Of a DNA stretch of 64,000 bases, positions 40,231-52,569 are shown piece by piece. The notes under the pieces are model-generated. The model was not told the DNA's origin and searched no databases. It worked only from the letters and a program-made list of their open reading frames with translations. Both the position numbers and the translations under genes were made by a program. How positions within the stretch are numbered: the first letter of the stretch is position 1; every line of letters begins with the position of its first letter. This stretch comes from Octopus vulgaris (taxonomy: Eukaryota). The stretch is taken from positions 26,350,001 through 26,414,000 of the forward strand of contig OX597829.1 in the NCBI GenBank assembly GCA_951406725.2. The letters are read 5' to 3'.

Positions 40231-40769
40231 TATATATATATATATATATATATATACTTACATATAAGAGAACAAAGTGTACGTACGCCGCTATATGTGT
40301 ATATATATATATAAATACAAAATAGGATATAATCATTAAAACGGTTATACCAGTGGCCAGCGTATAAACACCATATCGGTAAAATTAATATTTAAGTATA
40401 TATTTATAAATACATAATTATAATTAAGGGCGCTGGAGAGAACAGATTTAGAGTGGTTTGTAGACATTTGATATCTACTTTTAGCGTATTGGCGTTGTCC
40501 CAGTGCCCTTAATTAATTATAATTATGTATTTATAATTATATACTTTAATATTAATTTTACCGATATGGTGTTTTTTTTTACACTAGCCACTGGTGATTA
40601 TATCCTCAATTTATACGTATATATGATTTTCAGTTCTCTTATCATTATAATTGCTCCGGTATTATTCTGAAAATAACTACATGGCTGAGGCGGGCGAACA
40701 GATACAATGTATACGTGGGAAATGCATGTATGTATTTGTATCTGTCCGCAAGTATTTATCGGCATGTAT

Positions 40770-41110
40770 TCTTTTATTTGTTTGACTGCAGCTATGCTGG
40801 AGCACCGCCTTTAGTCGGACAGATCGAGTCCAGTACCTATTCTTTGTAAGCCTAGTAATTATTCTATTGGTGTCTTTTCCCCGTACCGTTAAGTTACGGG
40901 GACATAAACACATCAACAGCGGTTGTCAAGCGATGGTGGGAGAGACAAACACACACACACATATATATACGACAAGCCTCCTTCAGTTTCCGTCCGCCAA
41001 ATCCACTCACAAGGCTTTGGTCGGCCCGAGGCTATAGTAGAAGACACTTGCCCAAGGTGCCACACAGTGGGACTGAACCCGGAACCATGTGACTGGTAAG
41101 CAAGCTACTT
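40770..41110 (-). mobile_element. SINE family A
   Basis: Reverse-complement homology. Confidence 0.85.
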
Positions 41111-41199
41111 TATTTCATAAAATTTGTCATATAGACAGTACAAAGATTGTGTAACTTTGCGGGCTGGACAAACACATTAATGAATGAAAATGAAATAAA

Positions 41200-42190
41200 A
41201 TGAATAAATGAGAGACGAAACCCAACACCCGCCGATTGGATTTTTCTCGAAAACATATTTTCTTTTTTTTAAAAAATCAATATGAGGTTTCAAACCTCTT
41301 ACAGGAAGGAGGCACTAAAACCTCTTACTTAACATGTTTCTATTTTAAACACACAATTGAGATTATAAACCACTACAAATAATACAATAAGATGAGGTTT
41401 CAAATCCTCTAACGAGGCTTTTTCACCTCCTACTCATCGATATATTCATCATTATCTTCAATGCCGTTTGAGTTCCTGTATCCCGCCATTTCCCATGCCT
41501 CACTCATGTAGGACATGTAAGTCGTGTAAGGGCCACCCGGCCATATGCGACACTCCTCCCCAAATCCTTTAAGCCTTTCCCACAAGGGAAACCTTATGAC
41601 CTTCACAGCTATCTGCGGAGGCCATTCGGGATCCCTTGTGAAGGGCATTTATGTCTCTTTATGTTCTTCTACTATTTTTTACACCTCCCCGCCCTTGTAG
41701 AAAAAGATAATTCATCATCTTTAAGAGTGGGGTCGTTTCTTCCACCGTGCGTGACACAACTTCGGGACATGGAGATGGCACATCATCTTCCCCCTGCGAT
41801 GACCCGTTCTTCTTTCTTTTTTCTATTCTTCCTGACTTCGGGAGAGTGGAGCTTTTCCGCTTTGTCCGGAGTCTCTCCCCCACCTCCCGAAGCCTTAGGG
41901 TCCTTCAGCAGGCAACTATTGTTGCCCGCCTTCTTCCTTTTTAATCCTTTTAAGCCTCCTCAACCACATCCACCTCTCCCTTTGACCGGATGGTATCTTC
42001 AATCCAATCCGCCTCGGTGCCTGGGGGCAACCCACATACCCAGGCTTTTATTAATTTTCTCCTGCAGTACGGCGGGAGGAACAGAATTTGGTTGCTCTCT
42101 AAAGGCTGACTCGCAAATGTGCGAGCCTTTTCCCAAAATCTTAAGATATTGAGCTGTCCGAAATTCATAAATCGTTCAGCCTTGTGCAAA
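41200..42190 (-). mobile_element. Possible L1/Tx1-like ORF1-derived fragment
   Basis: GC-richer coding-like segment; ILFLPPYCRRKLIKAWVCGLPPGTEADWIEDTI resembles the V.GLPP RRM-like block of L1/Tx1 ORF1. Stops present; no RT seen. Confidence 0.4.
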
Positions 42191-42229
42191 AAAGGAGAAC
42201 AAGTTTAGAGTGGTTTGTAAATCAGTTAT

Positions 42230-44790
42230 CCAGCCATCGAAAGAATGCTATGAAAATTACCGTTAAACAAAGGGAAATTACTGAGTGATTGACCGTTATT
42301 AAGACAAAAGAACTATTAGAATGACCGCTGAGGGGAGGGAGTAAAGATAAGGGATTGAAAATGTTCATAGTATTCACGTAAGCGCGCATGTCCATACCTA
42401 CACATACGCGCCCGCACACCTACGTATATGCGCCTATAAGTATATACTCATCCACCCTCACTTGAAACACACACATGCTCACCCACACATTCGCCTAAAA
42501 ATATATACGTACCAGTACACACGCTCGCATACACACATGGGCACAAAAAAGGTTCATGCACACGTCTATATACGCACAAGCACAAGAAAAAACATGCCTA
42601 AAGGCAAAATACACAAAAATGTGTAAAAAAAAGCAATAAGAGTAATATATGTCTATATAGGCACATACCCGTGCACACGCACACATCCACACGCGCGCAC
42701 AAAAAATTTCATATACACGTCTGTATACGCACAGGAAAAATGCAGAGTGGAAGGTAGAATACAGAAAAAATATGTGTAAAAAATATATGAGCAATATAAA
42801 AACCTATAAAACAATATCACTATAAATATGTATAAAATATATATAAAAAATATGTAAATATATATAAAAATATTTAAGAAATATAAGTAAAAAGTATAGA
42901 AAGATAAAAAGCTTGTACGTGGACACAATATAGAAAGCAAGTCCTATTTGTAATCTTGGGGGGGACCAAAAACGCAACAAATATTTAGCCATATACGGAC
43001 ATTATGCGAAAAGTCCAGTTCTTGAATTTAGACACGTGGCAGGGTCTAAGCTGCTTTTCTAGATGAGCCATCTTTCCATATCACAAAGACCGCACTTTCC
43101 ACTGCCGTTGGTGTAGGGCTTACACTTGGCTAAGACCTTCCAATGGATGTTGTAACTGACACCTTTATCTTTTAAGGACCGTATATGACTGGATAATTTA
43201 GTCGTTTGATTATTGAAACTGGCCTTGAAATTACCCTCTGTAAGGCTCACGTATATCTTCGTCGAAACCATGTCCTTAGTGGATATAGAGTCCACCGTGG
43301 CTTCATAAATGATGGTCTCGGACATGCAAGCTCCATTTAGCGGGCACAAATTTTTATCCCTGCATGAACAGCTGGTTTCATATTGTGGTTTTTGTGTGTT
43401 GTGTGCGATTAAATTTTTAAAATTAGTAGTTGAGCTGAAACTGATTTTTAAATTATGTCTATTGAAGAGCTTTTTGTAACTATCGTTGACTGGAAAATGT
43501 CTATCTATCAGTGCTAAGAAATACTTGTCTATATTGACGGTCACTTCGGGTGAATAGGGTGAGTGTGTGGACCAGATAGTTTTCCTATTCCTATGTTTCA
43601 TCTTCTTTATTATTGGACTGATGGCAGGTGTATAGGTTATTTCCTCGCTAAATCCTCTATCTTTTAGAGCCTTATTATATACTGGGGCAACGCTATTAAA
43701 ATGTCCCTATCGTAGGGGAGGCTAAAAATTATTTTGCTAATGTTGTTAACTAAATTTTTAAACACTACGGGGGTGGGGGGATGGCAGGAAACCACATTAA
43801 TATAACTAAGTCTATCGTTGGGCTTCTTATAAGGCTTATAAATATTCTTATTTAGATCTAAGGATACACCTAAGAAATTGACAACCGCCAGGTTGGTGTC
43901 TGTAGTTATGCTAAGACCGAAGGTTTTCATCAAATGGATAATGTCCTTTCCAAAACGACCTTGTGCTGGTCCATTGGTATTTGCGGTTAAGGCGGGGGCA
44001 TCATCTTTGTAAATGGCGAAGTATACGCCAGGAAAAGTCTTGCCTAACGTATCGAGTAGAAATAGTCCAATAAGATTGCATACGCCTGCTCCATCATATG
44101 ACCCCCATGCTCACATCGAAAGCACCCTCTGTATCGGTAGTTTTGACCCACTCTGCGTTCTCGCTGAAGAGTAAAGTCTTTCTAGCATGAAAGATTATGT
44201 CCTTATTCTGTGTACTGATTTCTATGAATTCGCTTGCGAAGGTGAGGGTTTTATTTTGCAGTTCCTTAGAGATAGAGGCATAAAAATCGACAATATCGAA
44301 TTGCGTGAATCTCGCTTTATTCTTATTCTTAATGGCTTTAAACCAGTCAACGACTTTTATACTATTGGACCATTGTACTAACCAAGTGGCATTCCTGACT
44401 TTCGCATTGATTTTTCCTAAAATTTCTTTACTAATAATGCCAAATTCTGATTGCGCTGGGTTAATAAGCCTACATTTAGAATTAGATAGGAAGTTCTTTT
44501 TATGGTCTTTAATAGTTATAAAGGCTTCTTTTTTGGGGAGGACCTCTATTTTTTTTTTTTATCTAATTTAAGTCTGGCGGCGATAATGCTAGCTTCTTTA
44601 TTAATTTCGTTATAGGTTTGTGGCCTAGCCTTGGTGTAATTATTCATGATGCTGTTGTGTAGAAGTCGTGAATATGTGCTGTTTTCTACAAGGTATAAGT
44701 TCTTGGTTTTATCGGAAAAAAAGTACCTTTTTGGGGGAACTTTTATGTAATTGATATCTTTTTCAGTTTCTGTTGGAAAGTGTTAAAAGA
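42230..44790 (-). mobile_element. Penelope-like retroelement (RT plus GIY-YIG), 5'-truncated and frameshifted; Cys pattern suggests Naiad clade
   Basis: RT motifs MGSYDGAGVCNLIGLFLL, IYKDD, VNFLGVSLDL, YINVVSCHPP; linker SCSCRDKNLCPLNGAC; IIYEATV/IYVSLT GIY-YIG; CGLCDME; LNSR..CPY tail; 3' UTR to ~42230. Confidence 0.92.
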
Positions 44791-44820
44791 CTTACGAAAT
44801 TTATATATATATATATATAT

Positions 44821-44865
<45 letters not shown>

Positions 44866-44895
44866 ATATATATATATTTATATATGCATACACAC

Positions 44896-44929
<34 letters not shown>

Positions 44930-44958
44930 TATATATATATATTTCAATATGTGACCGC

Positions 44959-44994
<36 letters not shown>

Positions 44995-45916
44995 GCGGTC
45001 ACATATTGAAATATATATATATGTATATATATGTATATATATATAATAAGTACTTGTTGAGCACTGGGGTTGATGTAAATCGACTTAACCCCTCTCTCAA
45101 AACTGATGGTCTTGTGCCAAAATCCGAAACTACTAACTCCTCCTCCTTATCTCAAAATAACCTCTCATCCTCATTCCTCAACTTTCTATTAACTGCTCTA
45201 CTCTCTCCTCCTCCGTTATCTCTTTATTACTCGACTTGTCATCTTCTCATTGCCACTACCTTGTGTTCCCGCCCACTGTTCCAGTGCCCATCCTAACACA
45301 AACACACACGTACAGGTACGCATACACAAATACATGCACACTCACACATATATGCCCTTTTTCCACTCCTAACCACGCCTGCTTTTTATTATCTTCTGCT
45401 AACAATTTTCTTTTTACCCCCCTTTCCTTCTACTTCCTACGTCTCACTATCGCATTCTACCTCTAACTATCACTCACATTTATTTCACTGCCTCTCCCTA
45501 ATTCCCCCCCCTCCTTATTTGCATTCCGTTGTCTCCCTTTTTTCCTCACTCCTCCTCTTTTCGTTCTTCAACTCTCTTTCTCCCTCACCTTCCCTCCTTC
45601 CTGCCCTCACCTTAGACTCTCCCTTTCTCTTTACCCACTCTTTCTCTTATCACATCATCCTTTAGCCCTTACATATTTTCAAACTCTCTTTCCCCGCCTT
45701 TTCTGTCATCCGTTCTCTCACTTTCTTTCTCTATGTTTGTTTGTTTGATTCTTTCTTTCTATTTCTCTTTCTCTCACTTTCTCTTCATTTTACAGTCTCC
45801 TTCCCTCCAACCATCAAACTCTTACTTTAGACTCTCTCTCTCTCTCTCTCTCATCCTTTGACCCTTTCATATTTGCTAACTCTCATTTTCCCCCACCTCA
45901 TTCTTCCATTTCCTCG

Positions 45917-45917
<1 letters not shown>

Positions 45918-45979
<62 letters not shown>

Positions 45980-46043
45980 TCCTTCCTTCTTTCTTTCTTT
46001 CCTTCTTTCCTTCTTTCTTTCTTTCTTTCATTCTTTCTTTCCT

Positions 46044-46077
<34 letters not shown>

Positions 46078-46219
46078 TTTCTTTCTTTCTTTCCTTCTTT
46101 CTTTCTTTCTTTCTTTCCTTCTTTCTTTCTTTCTTTCTTGATTTCCTTCTTCCTTTCTTTCTTTCTTTCTTTCTTTCCTTCCTTCTTTCCTTCTTTCCTT
46201 CTTTCTTTCTTTCTTTCCT

Positions 46220-46263
<44 letters not shown>

Positions 46264-46359
46264 TCCTTCTTTCTTTCTTTCTTTCTTTCTTTCTTTCCTT
46301 CCTTCCTTCCTTCTTTCTTTCTTTCTTTCTTACTTGCTTTCCTTCTTTCTTTCTTTCCT

Positions 46360-46438
<79 letters not shown>

Positions 46439-46440
46439 TC
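45918..46440. repeat. (CTTT)n polypyrimidine tract; complementary (GAAA)n at ~46720-46896
   Basis: Directly visible. Confidence 0.97.
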
Positions 46441-46722
46441 CCTTCCTCTAACCTTTACTTTTAGATTCTTTCACATCACCCTTTAATCCTTTCACACGCC
46501 CCTTTTTCTCTCTCCGTCAACAATCTCTTTATTCGTTCTTGAAGTCTCTCTCCTCCTCGTCCTTTAAACACTTTCATACAACCCTCACTCTGTCTTCTAT
46601 TCGTCGCTCCCTTCATTACCCTCCTTACCATTCGAGTAGGAGATATTGGTAGTGAGACGAATGCACAACGAGAAAAAAAAAAGAAAGTATAGAGATAAAG
46701 AGGGAGGGAAAATATAGAGTGA

Positions 46723-46754
<32 letters not shown>

Positions 46755-46843
46755 AATAAAGAAAGAAACAAACAAACAAACAAACAAATAAACAAATAAA
46801 CAAAGAAGAAAAGAGGAAAAAGAAAGAAGGAAGGAAGGAAGGA

Positions 46844-46895
<52 letters not shown>

Positions 46896-47155
46896 AATTG
46901 GAGGGAGAATAAGTTTTTATAGGAAAATGAGCGATAGATAGCTGGAAAGAGCGAGCGATAGTCGTTCAGCTTCTATGTATGTATGTATGTATGTATGTAT
47001 GTATGTATGTTATGTATGTTTGTATGTATGCATGTATGTATGTATGTATGTATGTATGTATGTATGTATGTATGTATGTACGTACGTACGTATGTATGTA
47101 TGTATGTATGTATGTATGCATGCATGCATGCATGTATGTATGTACATGCGTGTGC

Positions 47156-47186
<31 letters not shown>

Positions 47187-47199
47187 TGTATGTATGGAG

Positions 47200-47594
47200 T
47201 CTTTTACTCTTTCACTTGTTTCAGTCAGTTGACTGCAGCCATGCTGCAGCACCGCCTTTAGTCGAACAGATCGACCCCAGAACTAGTTCTTGTTCTATCG
47301 GTATGTTTTATCGAACCGTTAAGTTACGAGGACGTAAACACACCAGCATCGGTTGTCAAGCGATGTTAGGAGGACAAACACCAACACAAATACACACACA
47401 TACACACGCACACACATCTGCATATACATACGATAGGCTTCTTTCAGTTTCCATCTACCAAATCCACTCACAAGGCTTTGGTCGGCCCGAGGCTATAGTA
47501 GAAGACACTTACCCAAGTTGCCACGCAATGGGACTGAACGCGGAACCATGTGGTTGGAAAGCAAGCATCTTACCGCACAGCCACGCCTGCGCCT
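47200..47594 (-). mobile_element. SINE family A, full-length, inserted in (TATG)n
   Basis: Reverse-complement homology; (tatg)n on both sides. Confidence 0.88.
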
Positions 47595-47734
47595 ATGTAT
47601 GTATGTATGTATGTATGTATGTATGTATGTATGTATGTATGTATGTATGTATGTATGTATGTATGTATCTATCTCTTTCTCTCTCTTTTTCTGTCTGTTT
47701 CTCTCGTTTCTTTTTCTGTTTAATTACATATTCT

Positions 47735-47802
<68 letters not shown>

Positions 47803-48446
47803 ATGGTAAGCTTCCACACGATAAAATATAACACCTATTGTTTGTATTCCAATCGGCACCTTTCAGTGTGGTCAAGGTACCCAAAGAATGATAAAGGTAC
47901 CCCAAAAGTGGTCAAAGTATCCCAAAGATGGTATAATTGCTGAATGTAGGACATGAGAAAACCTTATCCTCAATAGGTAGTATGAACTTGTAGGTAAAGC
48001 TAAAGAACAGAAGATCTTCAGAGAAGAATTCTCCCTCATACCAGATTTTCGGTCCCAAACTCTTTACACTTATGGGGGCCAGGCCGCATCTTGATCATGA
48101 CTTCTGAGCAATCATCTGCTGTTACACTCTGTATGCTGGGTGTTGGATTTAAATTTGACAGTTTGCATAAAATGAGAAGAAAATACAGTATCCAGTCGAA
48201 AAATAGAAGTAATTTTAAAAATCAAAAATTACCAACGAGATTATGGCTGGGAGATACAAAGAGATCCACTCGAGGTACCACCACGGCCTCAAGACGGCTC
48301 TGAAATCTGGTGCGTGCATTCTTCATTGTATCTCTGGGAAGATTTTCGAACACCTCCTTGTTATTGGTTCAGCCTTGGTGTTGCAGGTAAATAGGCCCGG
48401 ATTAAGACCCATGAAGGCCCTAAACACTTAAAATATATTGGTGTTC

Positions 48447-48494
<48 letters not shown>

Positions 48495-48718
48495 GTGAGG
48501 ATAAAATTCTTTTCGAAAATAAAAAAATTTTCTCGAAAAGATTTTATCAATGGCCAGCATATTAAAAAATACCTTTAACGGTTAAATTTATAAACAATTC
48601 ATAAATGAGGGCAAAGGAAAAAATTTCTAATGCCAAATATGCCGAAAAATTGGACATATTGTCCATTAACCATCGGCATATTTGGCATTAGAAATTTTTT
48701 CCTTTGCCCTCATTTATG

Positions 48719-48798
<80 letters not shown>

Positions 48799-49279
48799 CA
48801 AAATCTAAACAATAATTAATCATAAAATAAATAAATTTTCAAAATGAAACACAAGTAACAGTAAGAGGGAACATTTCCTTATTTTCATATATAACATGAA
48901 TTTGTACATCTTTTAGAACATTGTCATTTTATAAGATTTTGCTGGCAAATTCTTAAATTAACAAACATTTACTTACATGAAAGAAAATTACCCGAGAACT
49001 TTCTTGAAATTCTTCCAAATCTTTCTGCTAGAACTGTATTGAAACCATTTGTGGGGATTTTTTTTTTTTTTATCACAGATACATCTTTGCCTAGTGATAC
49101 TGAAAATAAAATATAACCAAATAAAACTTATTCTGACGCTCCAACTCATTAGTGCATCATTTCTGTTGAATATATTCGTCTTTAAAAAAACACACGACCC
49201 CCCCCCAAAAAAAAACAAAACAATACAGCACCAAGTGCTTCAACTGGTCGCACACCACAAGGTTCAGCGAAACCTACTG

Positions 49280-49680
49280 AAGCAAGCCAGCACGCTCGCA
49301 GTATTACCATGGGCGATGGTGAGGCTAAGGCGTTGGGAAAGCGCCAGGGAGGCAAGCTGCCCATGTTGACAAAAACTCCACAGTTAGTGGCCCAGTCTCA
49401 CTGAACATCTCAAGAGATATATATGGAAGAGATAGTTCACTGTCAGGTCCCGATACTTCAGGGGTTTTTTCTGTTTGGATACGGAAGCAGTGACCTTCCC
49501 ATTTACTGCAGTATCTAGGATGTAGCGGGGAGTAAAGGAATCGCAGATTGTGGCATCCCAAATGAGGCACTTACATCTAACCCAGGAACAGAGGGTAAGA
49601 CCATTTGGTCTCTTTCCATCACTACTGGATAATTCCGATGGCTCCAGAGCGGAGGGAATATTGGAAAATAAGATTTATTT
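49280..49680 (-). pseudogene. CRE-clade non-LTR retrotransposon, restriction-like endonuclease C-terminal fragment
   Basis: Minus frames: PSALEPSELSSSDGKRPNGLTLCSWVRCKCLIWDATICDS, ISLEMFSETGPLTVEFL, IAHGNTASVL, matching EP.GL.R.DGKRPDG..PW..GK.L.WD.T / P.A.ET.G / IQRGNAA.V. Confidence 0.8.
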
Positions 49681-49859
49681 TTGTATACATCCGATCCTCA
49701 GAATTAATCTTATGTAACCTATCATAGAGATAACGCATCCAACCTGCCTTGTTGCATAGTCGTTCTGATGGGATTTTTAATATACTTCAACTGAGAAAAT
49801 GGACTTTCAGCTGAGGAATTTGTGATCATTGGTGCTTAAAATATACGAAAAGTAATACC

Positions 49860-50460
49860 TACATTTTAGAGAAAGACATACTCAATAAAATTTATAGTTT
49901 AAAGTAATTTCTTTTGAGCTGTAAACCATTTACTATTTCTGTGGTTCCCCTTTTCTTTGATGCCCTAAGCACATGCTTATTTTGGTTAATGGTTAATCAA
50001 GTGCAGGATAGAATGCTTGGTGTCTTTCTCAAACACACCCCGCACATGGGATTACAATCGGAGAAATTAGGAGGTCAGAAATTTGGGGTTGGGGAAGTCG
50101 TTGAAATTCTCCGACAACCACTTCTGACTCTTTCCAGAGGTATCGCAAGGAACCGAATCCTGCTGTCACGCATGGACCACGAGCAGCAACACTCTCCAGT
50201 GAGGGTTTCACTACAGTCTCCAGCAGCTTCACACAAGCGTATGAATTGAGCCTAAGTCTCTGTTCATAAATTTGGGGACGAATTTCGTTGTGCGAATGCA
50301 GTCAGTACGCCTGCAGTGTCCCACCTTGCTGGTCGCGGTTTCGTAGCATCGGTTGCATTTGTCCATGTCACGCCTTAGAGCCTTTTCACTGTTAATTGAG
50401 TATTGGAAAGCAGCTACAACTTTAGTCTTCACGCTCCCAAACGCCGTTGACTGTTCACCA
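49860..50460 (-). mobile_element. Tc1/mariner-superfamily remnant, same family as 23410-24260
   Basis: KLLETVVKP, QQDSVPCDTSGKSQKWLSENF, PPNFSDCNP motifs across frameshifts. Confidence 0.7.
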
Positions 50461-50647
50461 ATACAGTAAGCAGTTCTTGCAACAAGGAGGCATATAAAAT
50501 CGTAAAATTTAACCTCAACACACAGTATATACGCCATAGAATCCAGGACACTGGCCTTATGAACCAATGGCTCGGGAAGGACCTTTGGTTCTTTGATACA
50601 TACATACATAGATACATACATGCATACATACATGCATACATACATAC

Positions 50648-50710
<63 letters not shown>

Positions 50711-50928
50711 TAGAACAATAGATGGACAGGTGTTTCTAACGAACTTTATAATTGATTAAGGAGTACATTATATCATTATACAAACTGTTTCATCAGATGA
50801 GTACATGAATTTTACATTCAAAGGCATTTAAAATAATTCAAAATTCACGGCACATACATATTTAATGATTCTACGATTGGCTCTTGCCGCAGAAAGGGCC
50901 AGTCGTAGAATCACTAAATATGTATGTG

Positions 50929-50999
<71 letters not shown>

Positions 51000-51180
51000 T
51001 TGAAATTTATAGAAAATCAAAAGACAAAGACAGGTGTATGAGCAACAAGCAAGGGTATTAACTTGACGCTCGGGAAAGTGAAAAAGTATTTTATGTTTCG
51101 AGCCTTCGCTCTTCAAAGAAAGGAAAAGGAGAAAATAAACAGAGAGAGAACAACAAAGAAAAGAAATTGTGGATTTAGTG

Positions 51181-51235
<55 letters not shown>

Positions 51236-51434
51236 AAAATGAAAGAATAGAGTAGATAAAATCCGTGTTACATATGTATTTGGCTCTTGACTGATATTTT
51301 AATCTCATTTTTCTCCACAGTAGTTTGTTTAGAGCTTAGGTTATGTAGAAACCTTCAAATAAAGAATTTTCCACATGCAGTGTTGAGTATTTATTCTCCT
51401 TGTTTGCCACTTTCGTACGTATCAAATTTACATC

Positions 51435-51522
<88 letters not shown>

Positions 51523-51629
51523 CATACCTACCTACCTATCAATCTATCTGTCTGTTTGTCTCTCTGACTGTCTGTCTATATATATATATCTGTCTGTCGG
51601 TCTGCCTGTCTGTCTGCCTGTCTATCTGA

Positions 51630-51671
<42 letters not shown>

Positions 51672-51752
51672 ATCTTTTGTTTGTATGCATGTACGTATGT
51701 CTATCTGTCTGTCTAAGTGTCTGTTATAGAACTACACACACGCGCGCATACA

Positions 51753-51824
<72 letters not shown>

Positions 51825-52569
51825 ACGTGTTAACTCAAGAAGAGGCTTTCACTGTCATATCTAACACATAAAAATATCAGAAATAACTCAAACTCACGCT
51901 CTTGATTGAAAAGCTTGAGAACATGACAACCCTTCCTCCCCTTCAAATGACTTGGTAAACTGTTTCCACACAGATAAAGACCTCCTTCCAGGCTCAGAAA
52001 CATCATGGATTTAATAGATGATGTGAGAGTGAGGTGTACAGCTTCGCCCGCTCTCTAAAGATCTAAAGATCTTGAAGAGTGCAATGAAAATGCAAAGAAC
52101 TCATCCTCATCTTCATCACCACCACCACCACCACCACCACCACCGCCGCCGCCGCCGCCACCACCACCACCATAATCATCATCACCATGCTCGTTGTTAC
52201 CGCCGCTGCCGCCATCGTCGTAGTCGTTTTCGTCGTCATCATCATTTAACTTGGATTTTCTTTTCCATGCTCTCATGGGTCAGACAGAATTTGTTGAGGA
52301 AGATTTTTTTAACGATCGAATACTATTTCTGTTACCAACCCTCTCCTGTTCCCGAGCGAAGTCATATTCCCTCATAGCCCGACATTTTTTACTGAAGACT
52401 AGAATAAAAAAATTTTAAAAAGCATTGCTTTCAGTTTCCATCTACCAAATTCACACACGAGTCTTCTGAGTGATCGGAGTCCATAATTTAAGACAGTTGT
52501 CCAAGGTGCTACGCAGGGAACTGAATCCGAGATCATGTGCTTGAAAAGCAAGCTTCTTAACTATATAGC

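Noticed and set aside
42960-43601. Selenoprotein-type Naiad (in-frame UGA at Cys positions)
   Set aside because: Conserved Cys codons are present as Cys; the stop near the tail is TAA, and the TGA at ~9196 in the other fragment is not at a Cys position.
48390-49250. hAT element (ggcccggattaag terminus-like start; similar end-like motif near 6470-6510)
   Set aside because: No partner TIR, TSD or convincing transposase motif could be read.
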